A stretch of DNA of 64,000 nt. Source: Gammaproteobacteria bacterium. Its GTDB lineage: Bacteria; Pseudomonadota; Gammaproteobacteria; Eutrophobiales; Eutrophobiaceae. The DNA lies in assembly GCA_965221695.1 (NCBI GenBank), contig OZ244905.1, positions 32,001 through 96,000 on the forward strand, written 5' to 3'. Of this stretch, positions 17,703 through 27,438 are shown one piece after another. Under the pieces are notes generated by a model, which saw only the letters and a list, made by a program, of their open reading frames with translations, was not told the DNA's origin and did not search any database. Within the stretch, counting starts at the first letter, position 1, and each line of letters begins with the position of its first letter. The translations under genes were made by a program, and so were the position numbers.

Positions 17703-17841
17703 AGCAATAATGATCTGAGAGTAGTACGCGAAATTTCAGAATACGAAGTATGGAATAAAGAGAAAATAGAGGACCGTGAGTTACGGATAGCCGAGTGGGC
17801 TGAAGAAATACTGGAAAATTGAAGGAATGGAAGATGTATAG
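17703..17841 (+). pseudogene. Possible C-terminal remnant of a DUF262/DUF1524 (GmrSD-like) gene
   Basis: A startless AT-rich stretch reads SNNDLRVVREISEYEVWNKEKIEDRELRIAEWAEE, then after a +1 slip YWKIE. This resembles the 'W...I..R...la....W' tail of DUF1524 proteins. Confidence 0.35.
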
Positions 17842-17893
17842 CAGATTATCTGCGTATTCCGGCTAACGTGAACACTGACCAATTAACGCGTAC

Positions 17894-18226
17894 TCATTCT
17901 TCCGGCTCGATCCTTATGAACTTTCTACCGGGGTCATCTTCCAGAAATAAAACTACTTGTGGGATAAGAGGCTGTAGATATTCTATAGTGCTACGTAGCG
18001 CTGACAATACAATAACCGCGATTGGAAGCGTATCCAAATTCTGTTGATATTGAATATTTTTATCAACGGTAATGATTGCATTAAATCCATCAGCGGCCGC
18101 CATTCTAAGCAACTCCCCATTATCGGTCCCGGCCCATCCCATTTCGCTGACGGTTCTGATGTAATATCTGTCTGGAAAACAGCCGGCCAATGCGCGGTCT
18201 ACAGACTCGTCAAGGAGTAGATTCAC
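17894..18226 (-). CDS. DUF5615 PIN-like toxin (VapC45-like)
   Basis: 'MNLLLDES', 'TVSEMGWAGTDNGELL', 'ITVDKNIQYQQN'; downstream of a DUF433 gene. Confidence 0.85.
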   Translation of the reverse strand: MNLLLDESVDRALAGCFPDRYYIRTVSEMGWAGTDNGELLRMAAADGFNAIITVDKNIQYQQNLDTLPIAVIVLSALRSTIEYLQPLIPQVVLFLEDDPGRKFIRIEPEE

Positions 18227-18277
18227 GAATTGTGACCGTCGTCAGCCTCTCTGTGCCATTTCGAGAAACTGAGCAGT

Positions 18278-18511
18278 CTACTCGTGAGGAGCAACTGTGG
18301 GTTCGGCATCTGTCGTCAGCTTTTCTGAGGCCAGTTTGATTAAATCAACTGCCTGTCCACGACTGACAGTAGGGAAATGATCGAGGAAGTAATCCAAGCT
18401 ATACCCATCTTCCAAGTGCTCCATCAGAATACGTATCGGCACGCGGGTGCCCTGAAAAACAGGCGTGCCGCCCAGAATATTCGGGTTTCTGTTAATTACA
18501 GCATTATTCAT
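18278..18511 (-). CDS. DUF433 antitoxin (VapB45-like)
   Basis: 'INRNPNILGGTPVFQGTRVPI..L.E.LEDG.SLD.FL..FPTV'. Confidence 0.9.
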   Translation of the reverse strand: MNNAVINRNPNILGGTPVFQGTRVPIRILMEHLEDGYSLDYFLDHFPTVSRGQAVDLIKLASEKLTTDAEPTVAPHE

Positions 18512-18618
18512 ATATGTTACCTCGTCCCCAAGTGTAGCAATCGCATCCTGTTCTTTCCAGTATTATCAGGCCAAGCCAATTTAACAGGTCAAAGAGTCGC
18601 TGCAGTTAACCGAAACCT

Positions 18619-19623
18619 CTATTTCCACACTGCGCGGGCTACACGCAGCAGGTTGCCGCCCAGTATCTTCGCAATATCATCGTCCCGGTAGCCCATTCCA
18701 AGCAACGCGTCTACTATTTCCGGCGCTTGTTCGGGCTGCACGAATTTTATGCCGTCGGTGTAACCGCCATCCGCCGGAAAGGTCTGCGGATTCTGCCTGA
18801 CGTAGTCGTTCAACTCTTCCATGTCGAAGACATAATCGAGGCCGATGCCGGCATGGTCTATACCAGCTTGCTGCACGACGTAATCGATATGCCTGGCAAT
18901 GGTCTCTGAACGGGCGTCGTTCTCTCCAAGAAAAATACCGACGCCATTAACACAAACCACCCCGCCGGTGGCGGCACAGGCGCGGATGGCGTCATCGGTG
19001 ATATTGCGCTTGTGATCTCGCAAGGCAAGCGGGTTTGAATGGGAAAAAATGACCGGGTTCGAAGAATACTCCATCACATCCATCGTGGTGCGATAGCCGG
19101 TATGGCTGCAACAGACCACCATGCCTACCCGCGCCATTTCATCGAGTACTGCGCGGCCGAAGGCGGTCAGTCCTTTATCGTCATCCTGGCAACCGCCCCC
19201 AAGAGAGTTGTTCCGGTTGTATGCAATCAGCATCCAGCGGGCGCCGAGGTCGTAATACATTTGCACCATGCTGAGCTGATCGGCCAGGACACTACCGCCT
19301 TCAAGGTCGAAGAATACTCCGAGTTTGCCGTCGCTGACGGCCCGTTCTATATCATCGGTGGTTTCGATCAGCATGTAATCGTCAGAGTGTTGCAGGATCC
19401 AACACCGGAAAGCAGCCATGACCAGCAAGGTGTTTTCCCATGGAACGGCATCGAAACCCACATTCAATGAAACAACGTTAAAGCCGGAATCCCGGTAGCG
19501 CGCCAACTGCGGAAGAAATTCGGTATCATTGCCGCGCAGGGGCATGCAACCGTGGTTGTCCCATGCCAGGTTGCCGGCGAGAATTTGTTGTGCTTCAAGG
19601 CTTATCGCGTTTGTGGTCGTCAT
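18619..19623 (-). CDS. Membrane dipeptidase family (peptidase M19) amidohydrolase
   Basis: 'WDNHG', 'DLEG', 'YN.NNSLGGGC', 'GLTAFGR', 'SHT', 'PVIFSHSNP', 'RNITD', 'HIDY', 'GIGLD', 'KILGGN.LRV'. Confidence 0.88.
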   Translation of the reverse strand: MTTTNAISLEAQQILAGNLAWDNHGCMPLRGNDTEFLPQLARYRDSGFNVVSLNVGFDAVPWENTLLVMAAFRCWILQHSDDYMLIETTDDIERAVSDGKLGVFFDLEGGSVLADQLSMVQMYYDLGARWMLIAYNRNNSLGGGCQDDDKGLTAFGRAVLDEMARVGMVVCCSHTGYRTTMDVMEYSSNPVIFSHSNPLALRDHKRNITDDAIRACAATGGVVCVNGVGIFLGENDARSETIARHIDYVVQQAGIDHAGIGLDYVFDMEELNDYVRQNPQTFPADGGYTDGIKFVQPEQAPEIVDALLGMGYRDDDIAKILGGNLLRVARAVWK

Positions 19624-19718
19624 GGTGTCAGCATTCGACGTATGCTAGACTTTTTCCGATCTCTTTTCAGATAGTATAGAACTCCAAAAAATAAATATCG
19701 ACACGAGCGAACCCGAAA

Positions 19719-21743
19719 ATGCGGATTGCAGTTGATGTGGGTGGGACATTTACTGATGTCGTCGTGCTGGATGAACAAACCGGTGCGTTGCATTATGACA
19801 AGGTCGAAACAACGCCCGGTGACCCCTGCGCCGGTGTTGTTGGCGGTATCGGGAAGGCCGGCTCTGATCTCTCCAGGGTGGATATTTTCGTGCATGGCAC
19901 AACCCTGGGTCTCAATGCATTACTGACCCGTAGCGGCGCCGAACTGGCGATCATTACAACAAAGGGATTTCGCGATGTTTACCTGCTGGGACGCACCGAT
20001 CGGGAGCCGCTGTACAACCTGACATACCGAAAACCCGACCCGCTGGTCCCGCGCTACCGTATCTTTGAAGTCACGGAGCGGATGAATTACAAGGGAGAAG
20101 TATTGGTCGAACTTGACCGGCGGGAAGCAGCTTCACTGGGCACAAGGTTGAAGCAACAAGGAGTTCGCTCCGTGGCGGTTTGCCTGTTGCATTCCTATAT
20201 CAATCCTGCCCATGAACTGGTCCTGGCAGAGATACTGGCCGATGTATACCCAGGACTTTCCATTACTTTGTCGCACCGGTTAACCCGGGAGTATCGTGAG
20301 TACGAACGTACCAGTACGGCAGTCATAGATGCCTACATCAAACCATTGACGCGGACATACCTGGAAAAACTGGATTATGAACTGGACAGTCGGGGATTTG
20401 CCGGCTCTTTTCTGCTTACCCGGTCCGGCGGGGGCGCGATCACCGTTAATGCGGCAAAAGATGAGCCGGCCCACCTGATTCTGTCCGGTCCTGCAGGCGG
20501 AGTCATCGGGGCGACAGCCTTTGGCGCGCTGGTCAACGAACCGAACCTTGTCACTATCGACATGGGCGGCACCAGCCTTGATGCCTCGCTGATTGTTGCC
20601 GGCGAGCCCAGGGTGGAGACGCAGCAGCGTTTTCAGGGCTTGCCGATCGCAATCCCGGCCCTGGATATACATACCATAGGCGCCGGTGGAGGCAGCATAG
20701 CCTGGGTTGATGATGGCGGACACCTGCAGGTGGGTCCGCAAAGCGCGGGCGCCGTGCCGGGCCCTGCCTGTTATGCAAAGGGGGGTGAGGATGCAACCTT
20801 TACCGATGCCGCATTGGTGATGGGCTACCTGGATCCTGATAATTTTCTCGGTGGTGAGCTTGCGCTTAATGGTGCACGCGCACATCAGGCCGTTTCGAAG
20901 GTTGCCGGTGCGGTGCAACTTTCCGTGCAAGAGACAGCCGCAGGGATAATGCGCATCAGCGAGGCCAAGATTGCAGGCGCCGTCCGGGTCATTTCAATCG
21001 AGCAGGGACATCACCCAAAAGATTTCGCGCTGCTTGCCTTTGGAGGCGGAGGCGCTTTCGTTGCCACCAATATAGCCCGGGAGCTCGGTATCCCAAGGGT
21101 AATTATTCCGCCGGCGCCGGCTAATTTTTCCGCATTGGGCATGCTGATGGTAGACGTTACCCATGACTTGTCCCAGACATGTGTCATGGACCTGGATCAA
21201 CTCAAGGTAGAATCAATCAACGCTATTTTCGCCGAACTGGGCAGAAAAGGGCACGAAGCCCTGGAAAAAGACCAGGTGGACCCCGCAAACAGGCGCCTGG
21301 TTCCCATGGCTGAATTGCGTTATCAGGGACAGGAACACACCGTTAACCTGGTCTTTCCCACAGCGGAACTCGGCGTCCGGGATCGGGGGAAAATAGAAGC
21401 GTTATTTAATGTTGCCCATGAAAAACAGTACGGGCATGCGATGCAAGACCCTATCCAGATAGTGACCTTGCGCTTGCGCGCCCTGGGAATGCTGAGCCGT
21501 CCGGACCTGCCGAAACTCGATCGGACTATGGAACAGCCGATAAGCAATGGAAACAGACAAATTTACCGCGCCGGGAGCGGCGCCAGGCAAACCTATTGCA
21601 TATATCAGAGGGAAGATCTCAGGGCAGACCAGCAAATTCAGGGACCGGCCATCATAGAAGAGTCCACTTCGACTACAATACTACACACTGGTGATAGCCT
21701 GATTGTGGGCTTATATGGCGAACTGCTGGTGAATATCGGATAA
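19719..21743 (+). CDS. Hydantoinase/oxoprolinase A subunit (ATP-binding), pair 1
   Basis: 'AVDVGGTFTD', 'HGTT', 'EYERTST', 'SGPAGG', 'DMGGTS', 'IGAGGGSIA', 'GPQSAGAVPGPACY', 'LRYQGQEH'. Confidence 0.92.
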   Translation: MRIAVDVGGTFTDVVVLDEQTGALHYDKVETTPGDPCAGVVGGIGKAGSDLSRVDIFVHGTTLGLNALLTRSGAELAIITTKGFRDVYLLGRTDREPLYNLTYRKPDPLVPRYRIFEVTERMNYKGEVLVELDRREAASLGTRLKQQGVRSVAVCLLHSYINPAHELVLAEILADVYPGLSITLSHRLTREYREYERTSTAVIDAYIKPLTRTYLEKLDYELDSRGFAGSFLLTRSGGGAITVNAAKDEPAHLILSGPAGGVIGATAFGALVNEPNLVTIDMGGTSLDASLIVAGEPRVETQQRFQGLPIAIPALDIHTIGAGGGSIAWVDDGGHLQVGPQSAGAVPGPACYAKGGEDATFTDAALVMGYLDPDNFLGGELALNGARAHQAVSKVAGAVQLSVQETAAGIMRISEAKIAGAVRVISIEQGHHPKDFALLAFGGGGAFVATNIARELGIPRVIIPPAPANFSALGMLMVDVTHDLSQTCVMDLDQLKVESINAIFAELGRKGHEALEKDQVDPANRRLVPMAELRYQGQEHTVNLVFPTAELGVRDRGKIEALFNVAHEKQYGHAMQDPIQIVTLRLRALGMLSRPDLPKLDRTMEQPISNGNRQIYRAGSGARQTYCIYQREDLRADQQIQGPAIIEESTSTTILHTGDSLIVGLYGELLVNIG

Positions 21744-21778
21744 TCCGTACCGGATGAAAAACTTGGGAGATCACAGAG

Positions 21779-23512
21779 ATGGCTGATGTCGACTCCATAA
21801 CCGTACAGGTTATACATAACTATTTGTTGTCGGCAGCGCGGGAAATGAACCGGAATCTCATGCGCACTGCCTACAGTACCCTGATATACGAAGTACATGA
21901 TTTTGGTCTCGGGCTTTATGACAGGGAATGCCGGTTGCTGGCCGAGGCGCCGGGGCTGGCTGTTTTTACCCGCAGCAATGACTATGGCCTGAATAAAATG
22001 GTCGAATTTCTAGGTCATGACGATATTCACCCCGGTGATGTGATCCTGCTCAATTACCCGTACTGGAGTTCAACCCACACCCTGGATGTGATGGCGGCAT
22101 CTCCTGTGTTTTACCGGGACGAGCTCGTGGGCTTTACTGCCGTGAAGGAGCATTGGCTGGACCTTGGGCAAAAAGATCCCGGTTACTGCCTTGATACCCT
22201 GGAACTTGCCCAGGAAGGGCTGGTCTTCCCCTGTTCCAAGATATATTCGAAGGGGGTGCTGAACAGGGAACTGGAGCAATTGATACGTTTTAACAGCCGC
22301 ATCCCGGACCGGGTCATCGGCGACATGAATGCGCAGGTTTCCGCCTGCCGGACCGGGGAACGGCGGGTCCGGGAACTGGTGGAAAAGTTTGGTGTAGATG
22401 TCTATACCGAAGCGGTCAGCGAGATTCTGGACCATGGCGAACGCCTGGCGCGCAAGCGGTTGGCGGCGTTGCCGGACGGCGTCTGGACTGCGGAGGATTA
22501 TGTTGATGATGACGGAGTAGAGCGGGACAAAAAAATGCGCTTGCAGGCCACGGTAACCATTGCCGGTGATGAAATGACGATAGACTGGACCGGGTCGGAT
22601 GATAAATGCAAAGGCCCGATGAACGTGCCGATAGGAACGACCGAAGGCGTATGCGCGCTGGTCTTCAAGTCGATTACCACCCCGGATACTCCCGCAAATG
22701 AAGGCAACTTTCGACCATTGCGGGTAATCGCCCCGGAAGGCTGCATTATGAACGCACAACCGCCGTCACCGACGTTCACCCTGTGGACGGCCCTGATCGC
22801 GCCCGAAGTGGTGACCAAGGCCTTGGCCAAGGGCATGCCCGACCGTATCCCGGCATGCAGTGGCGGTGATATCTTTTCCCTGATGGGAGTAGGCGCCCAT
22901 CCTGAGACCGGCAAGCTCTGGATTGAAAGCACCAATGAAGGCATCGGGTTTGGCGGGCATGCCGCCGATGATGGTGAGAGCGGCATTATGCACATGACCG
23001 AACCCGGTTGCCGCAACAACCCGGTTGAGGTGCTGGAAACCAAGGCCCCCTGGCTCATAGAAAACTACGGCTTGCGGGCCGATTCGGGAGGAGCCGGAAA
23101 ACATCGCGGGGGGCTTGGAATTACCCGCACCTACCGTTTTCTGTCAGATGCGTCTGCATTGACCCTGGTAAAAAAAACCAAGACCTCGCCGTGGGGCATG
23201 GCTGACGGCGAGGATGGGCAGGCGGGGGCTGTGATCGTGCGGCCCGGCACGGATCGGGAACAGGTGACCGGCGCCATATACGAGCAGGTGTCGGCGGGTG
23301 ACGTGATTATCAACCGGTCCGGCGGCGGTGGCGGTTGGGGTAATCCGCTGGAGCGGGATCCGTCACGGGTGCTTGACGATGTCAGGAATGAATTTGTGTC
23401 GGTTATTGCCGCCCGGGAGAAATATGGCGTCATTATCGATCCCAAGACCATGACTGTTGATGACATGGCGACAGATGCGTTGCGCGCCTCCATGTCATCG
23501 GCGCCGAATTAA
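21779..23512 (+). CDS. Hydantoinase B/oxoprolinase subunit, pair 1
   Basis: 'YEVHDF', 'NYPYWSSTHTLD', 'HWLDLG', 'QEG', 'RNNPVEVLE', 'DSGGAGKHRGGLG', 'GGGGGWGNP.ERD'. Confidence 0.92.
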   Translation: MADVDSITVQVIHNYLLSAAREMNRNLMRTAYSTLIYEVHDFGLGLYDRECRLLAEAPGLAVFTRSNDYGLNKMVEFLGHDDIHPGDVILLNYPYWSSTHTLDVMAASPVFYRDELVGFTAVKEHWLDLGQKDPGYCLDTLELAQEGLVFPCSKIYSKGVLNRELEQLIRFNSRIPDRVIGDMNAQVSACRTGERRVRELVEKFGVDVYTEAVSEILDHGERLARKRLAALPDGVWTAEDYVDDDGVERDKKMRLQATVTIAGDEMTIDWTGSDDKCKGPMNVPIGTTEGVCALVFKSITTPDTPANEGNFRPLRVIAPEGCIMNAQPPSPTFTLWTALIAPEVVTKALAKGMPDRIPACSGGDIFSLMGVGAHPETGKLWIESTNEGIGFGGHAADDGESGIMHMTEPGCRNNPVEVLETKAPWLIENYGLRADSGGAGKHRGGLGITRTYRFLSDASALTLVKKTKTSPWGMADGEDGQAGAVIVRPGTDREQVTGAIYEQVSAGDVIINRSGGGGGWGNPLERDPSRVLDDVRNEFVSVIAAREKYGVIIDPKTMTVDDMATDALRASMSSAPN

Positions 23513-23519
23513 AGCTATA

Positions 23520-23591
23520 GAGAGCAAAACAACAATCGCATTTTTGTTTTGTGTGCCCTGAAAAGTCCAGGATTGACTTGTCAGAGCTTCC
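23520..23591 (-). mobile_element. MITE family A, partial decayed copy (hairpins 1-2 and one end)
   Basis: GAGCAAAACAACAATCGCATTTTTGTTTT...AAGTCCAGGATTGACTTGTCAGAGCTTCC followed by TTAA; closest to the 55191 variant. Confidence 0.75.
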
Positions 23592-23608
23592 TTAAGAGGA
23601 GAAGGTTA

Positions 23609-25648
23609 TTGAGCAGCCGTATCGGTGTCGATATAGGTGGTACTTTTACCGACCTCATTTTTTTCAATGAGGATGACGGTTCCGTGCTGGTGGACAAGAC
23701 GCCGACCACGCCGGCAGCGCCTGAAGTCGGCTGTGTCGATGCCGTAAATTCTGCTGTCGCGCCGGATTTACTGCGATCATCTTCGTATTTTCTTCACGGT
23801 ACAACAGTGGGATTGAATGCCCTGCTGGAGCGTAAAGGTTCTGTCGTCGGTCTGTTGACTACCATGGGATTTCGTGATGTGCTGGAAATCCGCAAGGGTT
23901 CAAGAGAAGAATGGTACAACGTATTCTGGATTCCCGATGAACCCCTTGTGCCCCGCCGGCGCAGGCTTGAGGTCAGGGAACGAGTGCTGGCCTCCGGCGA
24001 TGTGCTGGAACCACTGCTTGCAGACGATGTCGCCGATGCGGTGAAAGTATTCCGGCAACAGGGTGTGACCGCGATAGCAGTGGCCTACCTGAATGCATAC
24101 AGGAATCCGTGCCATGAAGTTGAAACCGAAAAGTTAATCCGTGCTGCCGGTTTTGACGGGGCCGTTTCCCTGTCCCATCGCGTATCCGGCGAATACCGCG
24201 ACTATGAACGTTCCTCAACTACCGTGATTGACGCGTACGTGCGCGGGCGCCTGGCAAATTATATGGACCACATCGAATCCAGGCTGCGCGCGGACGGATT
24301 TACGGGCACATGCCTGATTACCCGTTCCGGAAGCGGTTCCATGACGTTTACCGAAGCGGCGGAGCGGCCATTTGAAACCATCATGTCAGGACCTGTTGCC
24401 GGGGTTGAAGGCGCGGCGCAACTGGCGCGAACCCTGGAGCTGGGGGATATCATCTCTGCCGACGTTGGCGGCACCAGTTTTGATACGGCATTGATTCGGG
24501 ATGGTCGTCCGCAATTGCTGTACGAAGGATCCGTGTTGGGCATGCCGTTACAGACACCATGGGTGGATGTGCGCTCCATTGGCGCAGGCGGCGGTTCCAT
24601 CGCTTACGTTGATGTGGGAGGCCTGCTACAGGTCGGCCCGCAAAGCGCCGGCGCTGATCCCGGTCCTGCGTGTTACGGGCGCGGCGGCGCACGCGCCACG
24701 GTGACGGATGCCGCGTTTTACCTGGGCATGCTGGCGTCAGGGAATCTCGCTTCCGGTATCAGGCTGGATCGCAGCAAGTCGGAAGTGGCGCTTAAACCGC
24801 TGGCTGACGAGCTTGGCTATGACCTGACTCAAACGGCGGAAGGTATTATTACCATTGCAGTCGCCGCCATGGCCAATGCCATCCGTGAGATTACCGTAGA
24901 ACAGGGTTTCGACCCCAGGGAAATGAAACTGCTGCCGTTTGGCGGCGCCGGTCCTATGCTGGCAACCGAACTGGCGCGGGAACTGGCTATGCGCGAGATC
25001 ATTATTCCACCTTGTGCCGGTAATTTTTCCGCAATGGGATTGCTGACGTCAGACCTGTTACAAAGCGCGGCGCTGACCCGGCCCATGCCGCTCAATGACG
25101 AGTCGTTAAACCTGGCAAACGAAATGCTCGAAGGCCTTTTCAGGGATTTGAAATCCAGGGGTTCGAGCGGGATAAACGAAACGGAGACTCAATTGGAGGT
25201 TGCGCTGGACCTGCGTTATACCGGACAGGAGCATTCAATTAATGTTAAACCTGCGGCGGCTGACGGTACGATTACGGCTGCGGCTGAAGATGTGCAAAGC
25301 CGGTTTGAGACCGCCTACCATGAAGCATACGGCGGGATTCTTGATACCCTGATTGAAATTGTTTCTGTGCGCGCCGCGGTGCGGCAGCCTTTGTCCGGCA
25401 CAATGAAATTTGCCGGGTCCGGTAGTATTGCAACAAGCGCTTCCGCCGATCAGGTTCGGGCCTATAGCTTCATGCGCCGGGAATACTCGGAGTTTGCCGT
25501 GATTGAACGGAGCCGGCTCTCTGTTGATGAACAGCGCAAGGGTCCTGCGATTATCATCGAACCTACCACTACCACCTACATTGATGCAGGTTGCCGGTAT
25601 GGCGTTGATGCCGGCGGTTGTTTACACATTCACCTTGAGGAAACCTGA
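23609..25648 (+). CDS. Hydantoinase/oxoprolinase A subunit, pair 2
   Basis: TTG start after GAGGAG; 'IGVDIGGTFTD', 'HGTTVGLNALLERKG', 'SGPVAG', 'DVGGTSFD', 'GAGGGSIA'. Confidence 0.92.
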   Translation: MSSRIGVDIGGTFTDLIFFNEDDGSVLVDKTPTTPAAPEVGCVDAVNSAVAPDLLRSSSYFLHGTTVGLNALLERKGSVVGLLTTMGFRDVLEIRKGSREEWYNVFWIPDEPLVPRRRRLEVRERVLASGDVLEPLLADDVADAVKVFRQQGVTAIAVAYLNAYRNPCHEVETEKLIRAAGFDGAVSLSHRVSGEYRDYERSSTTVIDAYVRGRLANYMDHIESRLRADGFTGTCLITRSGSGSMTFTEAAERPFETIMSGPVAGVEGAAQLARTLELGDIISADVGGTSFDTALIRDGRPQLLYEGSVLGMPLQTPWVDVRSIGAGGGSIAYVDVGGLLQVGPQSAGADPGPACYGRGGARATVTDAAFYLGMLASGNLASGIRLDRSKSEVALKPLADELGYDLTQTAEGIITIAVAAMANAIREITVEQGFDPREMKLLPFGGAGPMLATELARELAMREIIIPPCAGNFSAMGLLTSDLLQSAALTRPMPLNDESLNLANEMLEGLFRDLKSRGSSGINETETQLEVALDLRYTGQEHSINVKPAAADGTITAAAEDVQSRFETAYHEAYGGILDTLIEIVSVRAAVRQPLSGTMKFAGSGSIATSASADQVRAYSFMRREYSEFAVIERSRLSVDEQRKGPAIIIEPTTTTYIDAGCRYGVDAGGCLHIHLEET

Positions 25649-27375
25649 TGATGGACATGGAAACCAAAACTTATACCTATGTTGCCGGCAAGAATACTGA
25701 TGTGGACAGTTCCGCCGCAGACCCCGTCACTACCCAACTGGTGCGGAACTCACTTAACTCCATTGCCAACCAGATGCGCAATACGCTGACCCGCGCCTCG
25801 TTTTCTCCCATCGTCTATGAGGCAAACGATTTTTGCGTGGCGCTGTATGATCACAATATCTGTCTGTTGTCCCAGGCGCCGACATTGCCGGTGTTCCTGG
25901 GCACAATGAATTTCTGTATTGAGGCCGCTGTTGAAGGTGTGGGCGGTATCGAAGCGCTGGAACCCGGCGATATCCTGCTCTATAACATGCCTTACGGCAC
26001 CGGTTCCCATGCCCAGGATGCCGCAGTCGTGATGCCGATATTTATGCAGGATGGTGAACTGGCGGGTTATGCCTGCAACAAGGCGCATTGGTATGACATC
26101 GGCGCCAAGAACCCGTATTGCACTGATACTGAAGACCTGTTCCAGGAAGGCGTAATCTTCCCCGGTGTGAAAATATACAAACGGGGCGAGAAAAACGACG
26201 ATATATTCCGCATGGTAGAAGCCAACACGCGCACGCCGGATTATGTACTGGGTGACATCCATGCCCAGTGCGCATCGGCGCGTGCCGGGGCTGAGGCGCT
26301 GGTCAAATTGATAGGCCGTTTCGGGCGCGATACATTCCGCTTATGCGTACAGCGCATGTTCGACCATGGTGAGGCGCTGGTGCGGGATTTTTTCGCGAAA
26401 TTGCCTGACGGCCGTTATACCGCGACCAGTACCATGGATAATGACGGTCTTACCGATGATGCTATCGATTTTGAAATCACGGTGGAAATCGAGGGCAGTA
26501 CTATCCGGATCGATTATTCAAAAGTACCTGATGCCGTTGCCGGACCCATGAACTGCCCGTTCCCGTCAACAGTGTCCGGTAGCCGCGTGGCCATCGGCAT
26601 GATGCTGGGGGAAGGGGGGTCTCCGGCGGAAGGGCATTTTCGCCCGCTGGAGGTGGTCACCCGCACCGGGTCCATGTTCCACCCGGTTGCTCCGCAGCCC
26701 TGTTACTTATATGGCTGGCCGCTAATGCATGCGATGGAAGCGATTTATCAAGCCTTTTCAAAAGCTGCGGCAGACCTGGTGCCTTCAGGCAGCGCCGGCG
26801 ATATCTGTGCCGTACAGGCCTACGGCTACCACTCCGAGACCGGCGAGTTTTTCTTTAACGGCTATGCGCTGCCGGTGGGACACGGCGCTTGCGCTCACGC
26901 TGACGGCGCAACATTGTATGTGCCGGCCCTGGCAAAATCCACGTTACCTTCGGCGGAAATTCAGGAAGCCAAGTTTCCGTTAATATTCAGAAAATGGAAG
27001 CTGGCGCCGGATTCTTGCGGGCCGGGAAAATACCGGGGTGGGCTGGGCGTAGACTACGAATGGCAGTTGGCGCATGATGCCCGCTTGATTTCCACCATTG
27101 AGAACACCAAGACGCCCGCTTGGGCACAACAGGGCGGGCGTTCCGGAACCTGCAACAGTTTAACCATTGAATACCCTGACGGTCGCGTCGAAAAACGCAA
27201 CAAGGTTACCGGTTTGCCCGTGCCGGAAGGGACGATCATCAAAATCCATTGCGGCGGAGGCGGCGGCTATGGCTCGCCGGCAGATCGGGACCCTGAAGCC
27301 GTGCGGCGGGACCTGGAAGAAGGCTATATCAGCGAACGGTATGCCAAACAGAATTATCCTCAGGCATTTGCCTGA
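25648..27375 (+). CDS. Hydantoinase B/oxoprolinase subunit, pair 2
   Basis: 'FSPIVYEANDF', 'YGTGSHAQD', 'KAHWYDIG', 'FQEG', 'DSCGPGKYRGG', 'GGGGGYGSP.DRD'. Confidence 0.92.
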   Translation: MMDMETKTYTYVAGKNTDVDSSAADPVTTQLVRNSLNSIANQMRNTLTRASFSPIVYEANDFCVALYDHNICLLSQAPTLPVFLGTMNFCIEAAVEGVGGIEALEPGDILLYNMPYGTGSHAQDAAVVMPIFMQDGELAGYACNKAHWYDIGAKNPYCTDTEDLFQEGVIFPGVKIYKRGEKNDDIFRMVEANTRTPDYVLGDIHAQCASARAGAEALVKLIGRFGRDTFRLCVQRMFDHGEALVRDFFAKLPDGRYTATSTMDNDGLTDDAIDFEITVEIEGSTIRIDYSKVPDAVAGPMNCPFPSTVSGSRVAIGMMLGEGGSPAEGHFRPLEVVTRTGSMFHPVAPQPCYLYGWPLMHAMEAIYQAFSKAAADLVPSGSAGDICAVQAYGYHSETGEFFFNGYALPVGHGACAHADGATLYVPALAKSTLPSAEIQEAKFPLIFRKWKLAPDSCGPGKYRGGLGVDYEWQLAHDARLISTIENTKTPAWAQQGGRSGTCNSLTIEYPDGRVEKRNKVTGLPVPEGTIIKIHCGGGGGYGSPADRDPEAVRRDLEEGYISERYAKQNYPQAFA

Positions 27376-27438
27376 TAAGGAGAAAATTATTACAATCATC
27401 CGAAATTTATACAAAATGAATTGCTAAAGGGGGAGAGC

